This document shows positions 48,386-57,136 of a DNA stretch of 64,000 nucleotides, one piece after another; the first letter of the stretch is position 1; the number at the start of each line of letters is the position of its first letter. The notes below the pieces were generated by a model that ran no database searches, was not told the origin of the DNA, and saw only the letters and a list, made by a program, of their open reading frames with translations. A program made the position numbers and the translations under genes. The stretch spans positions 224,001-288,000 of the forward strand of contig CBDHDG010000005.1 in NCBI GenBank assembly GCA_965261595.1. Reading direction: 5' to 3'. This stretch comes from a bacterium. GTDB lineage: Bacteria > UBA8248 > JACPRG01 > G963555815.

Positions 48386-49126
48386 TCAGAAAAAAAGCTT
48401 GAGCGCCCCCCCCACGGCCAGCGCGAGGGCGACGCGGTTGAACATCTCGCGGGAGACCGTCCGGTTCACCCACCGTCCGATGAACCCGCCCAGGACCGCG
48501 ATCGGGAGCACGGTGATCGTCCACCGGATGATCTCCCAGTTCACCATCCCGACCCCCACATAGGAGCCCAGCTTGATCCAGTTGCAGACCGCGAAGAGCG
48601 CGAAGTTCGTGGCCACGACACCCTCTTTGGAAAGCCCGCTGGCGACGAAATAGGGTACGGTGATGACGCCGCCGGAATGCGCGGCCGAAGAGCTGAACCC
48701 CCCGAGAAATCCCATCAATGCCCCGAATCCTTTTTTGGGCGGCACGTAAATGGGCGCCCCCCGGCGGTACAGGGTCAGGAGTTGAAAACCCGTGAACACC
48801 AGCACCAGGACGCCGATGGCTATCCGCGCCTGCTGGTTCGACAGCCGGCTCACGAGCAGCGTCCCCAAAACGACGCCGACCGCCATGGTCGGCAGCATCA
48901 CGAAGAAGAACTTGGAGTCCCACTTCCGCCACAGAAAGTAGACCACGGCCAGATCCCCGATGATCATCATGGGCGACAGGATTCCCAGGACGTATCGCGG
49001 GGCCAGATAGATGCTCAGGATCGGCGTCAAGATCAACCCGACGCCCGTGCCGAAGCTGGTCTTGGACAGGCCGACGGCGAACGCGGAGATGGCGAAGGCG
49101 GAAAATTCGACCCAGGTGATGCTCAT
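48386..49126 (-). CDS. TauE/SafE membrane protein, tandem paralogue
   Basis: GLSKTSFG.GVG...PIL, AAHSGG, NWIKL..Y; ATGA overlap with the peptidase gene. Confidence 0.85.
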   Translation of the reverse strand: MSITWVEFSAFAISAFAVGLSKTSFGTGVGLILTPILSIYLAPRYVLGILSPMMIIGDLAVVYFLWRKWDSKFFFVMLPTMAVGVVLGTLLVSRLSNQQARIAIGVLVLVFTGFQLLTLYRRGAPIYVPPKKGFGALMGFLGGFSSSAAHSGGVITVPYFVASGLSKEGVVATNFALFAVCNWIKLGSYVGVGMVNWEIIRWTITVLPIAVLGGFIGRWVNRTVSREMFNRVALALAVGGALKLFF

Positions 49127-50487
49127 ATTCTCGACAGCCCGTCCAAGAGGAGTCCGGCGGTCTGGATGCCCCGGTGGACGCACTCCAGCGGCATACGCTC
49201 GTTGGGAGAATGCGTGCGATCGTCGTGTCCGCCGAACGGGACCAGGAGGCTGTCCAGGCCGAGGACGTCCTGAATGGCGCCCACGACGGGAATCGTGCCT
49301 CCCTCCCGGACGAGGACCGGGGCGCGCCCGAACCCTTTCTCCAAAGCGGCGCTCGCGGCCTCGACCCCTTTGCTCTTGGCATCCACCAGAACGGCCCGGC
49401 TCCCCCAGTGCCGGGAGATTTCGACCCGGACGGTGTTGGGCAGGCGCTCCCGAATCGTCGCCTCGATAAGATCGTTGATTCGGTCCGGATCCTGGCGGGG
49501 CACGAGGCGCATGCTCACCTTCGCGGCCGCCCGCGAGGGGATGATGGTCTTGGCCCCGGGCCCCTGATAGCCGCCGTAAATCCCGTTGATGTCCAGCGTG
49601 GGCCGCCCCCACCGGCGCTCCAGCGTGGAGAATCCCTTCTCCCCGAACAGGGCCGGCGCGCCGATGCTTCGCTGATACTCGGCCTCGTCGAAGGGCAGGG
49701 CCGCGAAGGCCGCGCGCTCCCAGTCCTCCAGGGGGAGGACATCGTCGTAAAACCCCGGAACCGTCACGATTCCGTTCTCGTCCTGTAAAGTGGCCAGCAC
49801 CCGGACGAGGATGTTCGCCGGGTTGTCCACCGAGCCGCCGTACCCTCCCGAATGCAGGTCGTGATCGGGGCCCGTGAGAACGACTTCCAGATAGGAGAGT
49901 CCCCGAAGGCCGTACATGAGGGCGGGGACGCCTTCGGCGAACATCGAGGTGTCGGACACAACGGCGTAATCCGCCTTGAGCATTTCGGCGTTTGCACGCA
50001 TGAACCCTTCGAGGTTCGGGCTGCCGATTTCCTCTTCCCCTTCGATCATGAACTTCACGTTGAGCGGCAGCCGGCCCCGGACCCGGTGGAAGGTCTCCAC
50101 CGCCTTCAGGTGGCAGAAGTTTTGGCCCTTGTTGTCGTGTGCGCCTCGGGCGAAGACGTACCCGTCCCGGACGATCGGCTCGAAGGGGTCCGTCTCCCAG
50201 AGGTCGATGGGGTCGGGAGGCTGGACGTCGTAGTGGCCGTAGATGAGGACCGTCGGCAGGGCGGGGTCCTCTATCCGCTCCGCAAAGACGACGGGGTGGC
50301 GCGCGGTCGGGTGGATCTCGGCCGTGAATCCCGCCGCGCGCAGCAGTCCGGCCACGTACTCCGCGCAACGCCCGACCTCCCCGGCGAATTCCGGGTCGGT
50401 GCTCACGCTGGGGAAGCGGAGATAGGCCTTCAGCTCCTCCAGCGAGGCGTCTCGCTGAGATTCGATGGCGTCGAGGATGTCTTGCAT
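49123..50487 (-). CDS. M20-family dipeptidase
   Basis: YGHYDVQP, RGAHDNKG, EGEEEIGS, DLHSG, HSPNE. Confidence 0.93.
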   Translation of the reverse strand: MQDILDAIESQRDASLEELKAYLRFPSVSTDPEFAGEVGRCAEYVAGLLRAAGFTAEIHPTARHPVVFAERIEDPALPTVLIYGHYDVQPPDPIDLWETDPFEPIVRDGYVFARGAHDNKGQNFCHLKAVETFHRVRGRLPLNVKFMIEGEEEIGSPNLEGFMRANAEMLKADYAVVSDTSMFAEGVPALMYGLRGLSYLEVVLTGPDHDLHSGGYGGSVDNPANILVRVLATLQDENGIVTVPGFYDDVLPLEDWERAAFAALPFDEAEYQRSIGAPALFGEKGFSTLERRWGRPTLDINGIYGGYQGPGAKTIIPSRAAAKVSMRLVPRQDPDRINDLIEATIRERLPNTVRVEISRHWGSRAVLVDAKSKGVEAASAALEKGFGRAPVLVREGGTIPVVGAIQDVLGLDSLLVPFGGHDDRTHSPNERMPLECVHRGIQTAGLLLDGLSRI

Positions 50488-50645
50488 GAATCGGGTCTCC
50501 AAAGAATTCCGGGGATTGCCGGACAAACGAGAACCGTGGAATTATACGCGGATGGCGGCGTCGGCGTCACGATGGGCCGCGAGGGGCGGGGGTTTGAGGC
50601 TGAGGCCCTCCCATGTAAGGATTCTTATCGTTTCGAGGGGGAATC

Positions 50646-50975
50646 ATGGTCATCGCGGGGAAATCCATTTCCTTATTCCTGTTGGCGGGACTCCTGGAGA
50701 TCGGCGGGGGCTATCTCGTCTGGCAATGGTGGAGGAACGGAGCCCATTGGGGAATGGGGGCGCTGGGGGCGCTGACCCTGATCCTTTACGGAATCGTCCC
50801 GACCTATCAGCCCGCTCACTTCGGCCGTGTGTACGCGGCTTATGGAGGATGGTTTGTGGTCCTCTCGATCTTGTGGGGTTGGGGCGTGGATCATATCCCG
50901 CCGGACCGCTATGATCTCATCGGGGGCGCCGTCTGTCTGATGGGCATCGCCGTCATCATGCACTGGCCCCGGTAG
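50646..50975 (+). CDS. ynfA: YnfA (UPF0060) small membrane protein
   Basis: [24 protein letters not shown]. Confidence 0.92.
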   Translation: MVIAGKSISLFLLAGLLEIGGGYLVWQWWRNGAHWGMGALGALTLILYGIVPTYQPAHFGRVYAAYGGWFVVLSILWGWGVDHIPPDRYDLIGGAVCLMGIAVIMHWPR

Positions 50976-51250
50976 TCAGGATTTCACACAAGGAAGGACG
51001 GTTCAGCGGTTTCGATTCAAGAAATTCTTTGAAGATCCACCGATTGGCCGGGAGATGGAAACCCAGGCGACTGGAACACCCTGTCCTTCAGGGGGACGGG
51101 TGCGGAGCCCCGCCCCTACATCGGATTTGGTGGTAGGGGGTCTGAAATGTAGGGGCGGGGCTCCGTACCCGCCCCGATGCGTTGGCCAACAATCCAATGG
51201 CCGATCTTGCACGGGCCTGTAACGGAATCGTTGTGAGAAATGCAGGCTTA
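50973..51250. mobile_element. MITE-like element (ATTTCwCACAA ends) enclosing an inverted REP pair
   Basis: Left TAGTCAGGATTTCACACAA, right TTGTGAGAAATGCAGGCTT; REPs at 51093-51120 and 51148-51175. Confidence 0.6.
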
Positions 51251-51349
51251 TCAAGGGAGAACACGAGGTCTTCAGGGGGGGAGGGGGGGAGGGGGAGCGC
51301 GCGTCATCCTCGGCCCGGGACTCCTCCTTCTCAAGAAAGGATCTGAGCG

Positions 51350-52360
51350 ATGAAATTCGTTCGGGATTTGGAGCCGGAAGACCAAATCATGGGATATTTC
51401 CGCGTGTCTTCGAAGCAGGTGCGGGAGACCCGAAACGGGAAGTCCTATCTGGACCTTCGCCTCGCCGACAAGACCGGTGAGATCCCCGCCAAGATGTGGG
51501 AAGACCCGGAGGGGCGGTGGGACGACTTTGTGCGCGGCGATATCGTCAAGGTGCAGGGGCGCGTCGAGGAGTACGACAACAAGCCCCAGATGGTCGTTCT
51601 GCGGATTCGGACCGTGACGCCCGAAGACGAGGGGTCCGAATTCGATCCGTCCAGGTTCGTCGAGTCCACCGAATACGACATCGACGCCATGTGGGAGGAG
51701 ATGCTTGCCCTGGCGGGAAGCATCGAGCCTCCGCTGGATTCCCTGGTTCTGGCCGTTCTGGAGGACCACCGGGAGGCGTTCCGCCTGGGTCCGGCGGCCG
51801 CTCACCTCCACCATCCCTACCTGGGGGGGCTCCTCGAGCACACCCTCAGCGTCGTCCGGACGTGCGAATACTTCGCGGGCAAATACCCCGTCCGGCGCGA
51901 CATCCTCCTGGCCGGCGCCATCCTGCACGACATCGGAAAGGTGGAAGAGATCCGCCCCTACCCCGATCAGGAGTACACGACGCCGGGCAAGCTCATCGGC
52001 CACATCGTCCAGGGCTGGGGGATCGTCCGGGGCAAGGCGCACGAGCTGGGGACGGTGGACGAGGAGACGTTGACGCTGGTGGGGCACCTCATCCTCAGCC
52101 ATCAGGGCCGGCCCGAGTGGAGCTCCCCCCGCGTTCCCCAGACGCTTGAGGCCCTGGTCCTTCATTACGCCGATGACATGGACGCCAAGGTCCAGATCTT
52201 CTGCCGCTCGGTGGACCGGGACAAGCAGGAGGGGGAGTTCACGGCCTGGAGCCGGTCCATGGCCCGGGATTTCTATAAGCCGACGTACGAGGCCCTTCGC
52301 GAAGAGGTCCGCGAGGCTTCCCCCACCCCGCCCGAGCCGGCGGAGCCCGATCCGTCCTGA
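51350..52360 (+). CDS. OB-fold/HD-domain 3'-5' exoribonuclease (YhaM/Cbf1-like)
   Basis: N-terminal OB fold (L.DKTG.I.AKMW), HH.Y.GGLLEHT, LHDIGK, SHQG..EW.SP, AD.MDAK. Confidence 0.9.
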   Translation: MKFVRDLEPEDQIMGYFRVSSKQVRETRNGKSYLDLRLADKTGEIPAKMWEDPEGRWDDFVRGDIVKVQGRVEEYDNKPQMVVLRIRTVTPEDEGSEFDPSRFVESTEYDIDAMWEEMLALAGSIEPPLDSLVLAVLEDHREAFRLGPAAAHLHHPYLGGLLEHTLSVVRTCEYFAGKYPVRRDILLAGAILHDIGKVEEIRPYPDQEYTTPGKLIGHIVQGWGIVRGKAHELGTVDEETLTLVGHLILSHQGRPEWSSPRVPQTLEALVLHYADDMDAKVQIFCRSVDRDKQEGEFTAWSRSMARDFYKPTYEALREEVREASPTPPEPAEPDPS

Positions 52361-52460
52361 TCCCCTTCGGTCGAACGGGGGGGGCCGGCGGCGGCGAATT
52401 CCCCTTGCTCACCCTTGATTCCGCCTTTTTTTATCCAACCCGGTGGGCGGTCTTCCGGCG

Positions 52461-52718
52461 TGGGGGGAAATCCCCCCAGTGTGGGGTGTTTCCCCCCCAC
52501 GCACCTTCGATCCCTGTATTTAAAGGCGTTTTTGAGAATATCCCGCCTCCGGTCCGCCTTATCCCGGGGGGAAATCCCCCCACCCCCGGGTTCCATTTTC
52601 GCCGGGTCGGCGGGACTTCCACGCAAAAACGCGACCTTTTAATGGCTATCGAATCAGTGAGTTACCTGACTTTAAAGCTCCGAGATCCGTGGGATTCCGA
52701 CTTTGGCACACCTCTTGA
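52461..52718 (+). promoter_or_regulatory. Sigma54-type promoter module, copy 1
   Basis: Palindromes TGGGGGGAAATCCCCCCA (52461, variants at 52482 and 52565), IHF-like AATCAGTGAGTTA (52652), TGGCAC-N5-TTGA (52704-52718). Confidence 0.7.
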
Positions 52719-52807
52719 GATATATAAGCGCGACTCCTCGGCATGGGGGGTCGAGGAAAACAACGGAACACCGACACTCAGTTACACGAAGTCGAGGAGA
52801 TAAGAAA

Positions 52808-53455
52808 ATGACTAGCGGAATCGGAGTCGCACCTATCGTAACGGGCGCCACGAAGATCAACCCCTCAAAGATGAGGGCCATGATCAAGAACCTCGAAGAG
52901 AAGAGGATGGAAGAGAAGGGGAAGAAGGCAAAAGGCGCGCCGCCCACCGATATGGTGAGCCTGAGCATGGAAGGAAAGGAAGCCGGGAAAAAGGGCAAAG
53001 CGAAAGCCGAGGCTACTCCTCATGAGAAGGGGCCCAAGGGTGTGAAAGGCCACCATGAGAAGGGGCCCAAGGGTGTAAAAGGCCACCATGAGAAGGGGCC
53101 CAAGGGTGTGAATGGCCACCGGAAGCGGATCACCGACGCCTATGAATTGATCAAGAAGCACGCGGCGGAAAATAAAAGCGAAGCTCCCAAGGCCGACTTG
53201 GCCTCGAACGTCTCCGCGAACATCAGTTTGAACGGGACGGCCACAGGGAAGGTCGAGGAGAAGACCCCGGCCGCGACAGAGACCTACACCCCCAAGGCCG
53301 CTCTTCCTGAGAACGACATCCTCAAAAGTTTGAACAACTTTGATAACTCTCTGAACCAGCTACTGAGCGGAAACAACGGCCTGGGCGCCGGCTCTCTGTT
53401 CAACAATCTGGATAACCTCGCGTCCAGTCTCGGCGCGCTGGGCAACATTTTCTAG
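52808..53455 (+). CDS. Hypothetical Lys/His-rich protein (cassette gene A)
   Basis: GAGGAG RBS; N-terminus paralogous to 55785; internal 11-aa repeat. Confidence 0.75.
   Translation: MTSGIGVAPIVTGATKINPSKMRAMIKNLEEKRMEEKGKKAKGAPPTDMVSLSMEGKEAGKKGKAKAEATPHEKGPKGVKGHHEKGPKGVKGHHEKGPKGVNGHRKRITDAYELIKKHAAENKSEAPKADLASNVSANISLNGTATGKVEEKTPAATETYTPKAALPENDILKSLNNFDNSLNQLLSGNNGLGAGSLFNNLDNLASSLGALGNIF
53021..53119 (+). repeat. 3 x 33-nt coding tandem repeat (HEKGPKGVKGH)
   Basis: CATGAGAAGGGGCCCAAGGGTGTRAAWGGCCAC x3. Confidence 0.95.
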
Positions 53456-53499
53456 AACCTCACGAATTCGGAAACCCCTCGGATAGAGGAGAAAAGACA

Positions 53500-54753
53500 A
53501 TGGAAATCGAACCCATCGAATCGAGCACCACGACCACGGAAATCTCGACGGTGGAGACCACGACCACGACCACGACCCTCGAAGAGACGGCGATAGTAGA
53601 GGAGACAGCCGAGGCCACCGATACGGTGACCCTGAGCGCGGAGGCATTGGAAGCCGCGGAAGCGAATGAGCCACTCTCGATCGAGGCGCTGGGCGAGAAG
53701 CTCTTAGCCGCCACGGGTCAGTTGCAGGCCCTCACCCAGGAATTGCAGGACCTGGGGGCGGACGAGACGGCCGTCGGAAACACGCTCAGCGAGGAAACTC
53801 AGGCGTTGAACGAAAAGGTGACGAAAACGAATGAGCAGGCAGTAACGGATTACCTATCGGGCAATATCAACGATGAGGAATACGTAACCATCCGTCTCCA
53901 ATCCGCCATCGAGCAGGTGGAGGGTATCAACTCCGTCCTGGGGAAAATTCGGGACGACCTGAAAGCGAGCGCTGAGGCGAGCGCCCCGGTCGAGATCGAA
54001 GCCCCCGAGGCCGACCTGACTGAGAATGTCTCCGCGAACATCAACGGAAACGGCGTGGCCAATGGGAAGGTCGAGGAGAAGGCCGAGGAGACGGGCGGGT
54101 ACTATTCCGCGAAGGCCGCGGCCCTTGCCAGGGCGGCCGAGGAAAAGGACAACGAGAAGTCTTTCGAGAAGGTGGAATCCAACGGCGTCGGTCCCGGGAA
54201 AGTGGGCCTCGGCATCCTCAAGAAGTTTGAGGACATCGAGGACTCTCTGGCCAAGCTGGTCGGCAAGAGAGGCCAGGGCAGCTTCGGCAACGGCGGCCAG
54301 GGCAACGGCTCATTGTTCGGTGCCCTGAATAAGTTCTCGGGCAACCTCGAACGCCTGGAAACCATTCTGGAAAAGGCCATGGAGGACAAGAAAAACGCTG
54401 AGAGCAGAGGTTTGAAGCTTAGTTTCACCGCCGAGGAGCTGCTCGAAAGAGCCCTGGGCGACGACCAGCGCAAAAAAGAGCTGGGCACCGTTATCCAACG
54501 AACCGGTTTCGGATATGGCGTGGCCGGGTTTGGCGGCGCCGCACCAGCGGGCGGGCCGGTGATCCATTCGCGGAACGAATCAGACGGTGAGCGTTCCGGG
54601 ATCCTGGCCGGCTCGGCCAGCGGCATCGGGATGGGCCAATTCACCGGGCGGGCGAATAAGGATGCGAACACCCCTTCGCTGATGAGCGCGTTCGGCGGGG
54701 TCCGCAACATCAGCGGCGCGGTGTCGCGCTCCAAGCTCAGCGTGGTGGCATAA
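53500..54753 (+). CDS. Hypothetical acidic/Gly-rich protein (cassette gene B)
   Basis: GAGGAG RBS; paralogous to 55785-57101, including the C-terminal GMGQFTGRA...SKLSVVA. Confidence 0.8.
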   Translation: MEIEPIESSTTTTEISTVETTTTTTTLEETAIVEETAEATDTVTLSAEALEAAEANEPLSIEALGEKLLAATGQLQALTQELQDLGADETAVGNTLSEETQALNEKVTKTNEQAVTDYLSGNINDEEYVTIRLQSAIEQVEGINSVLGKIRDDLKASAEASAPVEIEAPEADLTENVSANINGNGVANGKVEEKAEETGGYYSAKAAALARAAEEKDNEKSFEKVESNGVGPGKVGLGILKKFEDIEDSLAKLVGKRGQGSFGNGGQGNGSLFGALNKFSGNLERLETILEKAMEDKKNAESRGLKLSFTAEELLERALGDDQRKKELGTVIQRTGFGYGVAGFGGAAPAGGPVIHSRNESDGERSGILAGSASGIGMGQFTGRANKDANTPSLMSAFGGVRNISGAVSRSKLSVVA

Positions 54754-54788
54754 CCCGGTTCACGAAAGGCTGACGGAGACAGCGCACC

Positions 54789-54926
54789 ATGGCGACAGTA
54801 TCCGACATCCTGGCCGCAACCTTCCAGCACCGGATGCGGCTCCAGGACCTGAAGGCCAAAGAGGCGGAAGGGGCCGCCGGGTGGTTCGAGAAGAATCGAA
54901 CCGCTCGGGCGGCCCGCCCGCTTTAA
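54789..54926 (+). pseudogene. Truncated paralogue of 57137-58099 (cassette gene C, copy 1)
   Basis: MATVSDILAATFQHRMRLQDLK matches the copy-2 start; an internal deletion shifts the frame and homology stops near 54923. Confidence 0.8.
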
Positions 54927-54991
54927 AAAACCGGCCGCGGCGAGTATCCGCACCTTCAACGCCTCAAACCCTCCGATATCCATCCCTTCGC

Positions 54992-55288
54992 CAACCGGCA
55001 TTTCTCACAAAGATAATCAGCCGGCCTTTTTTCACGCGGTCAACTCATCGTGGTTCAACCCGTTTCCGGAAACAAGGATTTTGAATGGGTGCGGACAGGG
55101 TGTTCCCCCGAGGGTTTGTCGGGGGCGGGTGCGGCGCCCCGCCCTTACCTTGGTGTGATCGTGAGGGCTTTGGCGTGTAGGGGCCGGGCGCGAGGCGGTT
55201 GACTCCCGCACCGGCCCCCTGTTGCCGGCGCATGAGCCGTGAGCGGGTGACACGGCCCCCACAGAATATTTGTGAGAAATTCAGCCTA
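54992..55288. mobile_element. MITE-like element (ATTTCTCACAA ends) with degenerate REPs
   Basis: Left CAACCGGCATTTCTCACAA, right TTGTGAGAAATTCAGCCTA; REP-like sequences at 55121 and 55176. Confidence 0.6.
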
Positions 55289-55439
55289 AAGCTTAGGGTT
55301 TGCGACCCTTTCCGCGCTCCACCGCCTTCGCGGCTGGGTGAACCCGCTTTTGGACATCGGCTCCCCGCCGCCCCTTGAATCCCGCTTGATACCGCAGATT
55401 CCGCCTTTTTTCAGCCAACCCTCCGGGGGCCTTCGGGCA

Positions 55440-55695
55440 TGGGGGGAACCCCCCCCAGTGGGGGGTGTTTACCCCCACCCAAATCAACCCATTTAAAATC
55501 AAAGGGTTATTGAGAATATCCTGCTTTCGGCCCGATTTATATGGGGGGGATTCCCCCCACCCCCGAAGTCCATTTTGGGCGGGCCGGGGGGGCTTCCGCG
55601 CAAAAGCGAAATCTTTTAATCGTTGTTGAATCAGTATGTTACAGTTGTTTCAAGCCTCTCGATCCGGCCAATTCCGACTTTGGCACACCTCTTGA
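55440..55695 (+). promoter_or_regulatory. Sigma54-type promoter module, copy 2
   Basis: G6/C6 palindromes at 55440, 55459 and 55542; AATCAGTATGTTA (55629); TGGCAC-N5-TTGA (55681-55695). Confidence 0.7.
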
Positions 55696-55784
55696 GATAT
55701 ATAACCGCGACTCCTCGACGTGGGGGGTCGAGGAAAACAACGGAAACCGACACTCAGTCAACCCAAAGTCGAGGAGAAAAGAAA

Positions 55785-57101
55785 GTGGCTAACGGAATCG
55801 GAGTCGCCCCCGTCGCATCGGACAGCACGGACAGAAACCTCTCGGTCATGCAGGCATCGAAACAGAACCTCGAAGAGAAGATGGTAGGAGAGAATCAGAA
55901 CAATGGAAACGGCTCGCAGGCCGCCGACAAGGTGGTTCTGAGCCCTGAAGCCAAAGCGGCATCGGCTTCCTCGCAGGCTGGGACGACTCCTGAAGTCACG
56001 CCCGCGGCCGATTCGGCCCCGGCGGCTGCTCCCCGGGACATGTAGGCGATCAAAAAAGACATAGACACCGTCGTTCATGAGCTGAAGAGCCTCAATGTCT
56101 CCGAAAAGGACGTGTCGAAGGCCCTGACAGAAGCCGCCGTCGACCTCAAGAAGAAAACGGCGAAATCCATCCAGAAGGCCGTCAGTGACCACAAGACGGG
56201 GATCACCAACGAGACGAAATTCGCCAAGGCGCTGGACAAGATCGCCGCCGATCAGGCGGAGGGCGTCCTCGACGCGCTCAAGGGCCTCCGGGACCAGGCC
56301 GCCAAGCCCGCCGATAACGCGGCGACGCCGACTGCCAAGCCCGAAGTCGAGACCCCCAAGGCCGACCTGGCTGAGAACGTCTCCGCGAACGTGAGCAAGG
56401 ACGGCTCGGCCAATGGGAAGGTCGATGAGAAGACCCCGGCCCAGCCGGCCGCCAAGGTCGCCGAGAAAATCGAGAAGGCCGAGGACAACGATGGTGGGCG
56501 GTTCGTCGGAACAGCCTCCGCCCCGGGACTTTCGGGCTCCAACGGGTCCAACGGGTTCAGCAGGCTCAGCGGGATCAGCGCCTTCGCCGACAAGCAGTTG
56601 GAGAAGATAACGGAGCGGCTGAGTTTTCTCCAGAATGCCGTTTCAGCGCTGAAGCTGGGCGTGAATTCCAAAGACTCCGGGGGCTCCGCGTTCGACGCCC
56701 TGAGAATGTTTACGAGTCAATTGGACCGGGCCGATCGCTCTGTCGCCCGGGCGGACCTTTCAGGTGCCACGTTGAAGATGGAAGACCTGGAAGGCGCCCT
56801 GGGTTCTCTGGTGAAGAAGGCCCGGGAAGATAAAGCCGTAACGCGCAGCAGCGGCACGTTCCTGCAAGGCGGATTCGGAGTCGGGTTCGGCAGCGGAGGC
56901 AGCGGCTCCGGCGGCCCGGCGGTCCATACGCGGGAAGATTCGGACAACGAGCGTTCCGGGTTCATGGTCGGCTCGGCCGGCGGCATCGGCATGGGCCAAT
57001 TCACCGGGCGGGCGAAGCAGGATTCGCTCCTGACCTCGTTCGGCGGCATCCACAGCATCGGCGGCGCGGTGTCGGGCTCCAAGCTCAGCGTGGTGGCGTA
57101 A
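55785..57101 (+). CDS. Hypothetical protein (cassette A/B homologue) interrupted by an in-frame TAG at 56043
   Basis: GAGGAG RBS and GTG; ORFs 55623-56045 and 56112-57101 share one frame and homology to gene B continues across the stop. Confidence 0.7.
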
Positions 57102-57136
57102 CCCGGTTCACGAAAGGCTGATGGAGACGTAGGACC

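Noticed and set aside
53021..53119. 33-nt repeats as a possible CRISPR array
   Set aside because: Head-to-tail with no spacers, in frame within a CDS, and no cas genes.
54754..54788. Conserved spacer CCCGGTTCACGAAAGGCTGA (also at 57102) as a c-di-GMP riboswitch
   Set aside because: Too short and lacks the second stem and other conserved elements; explained by the duplication.
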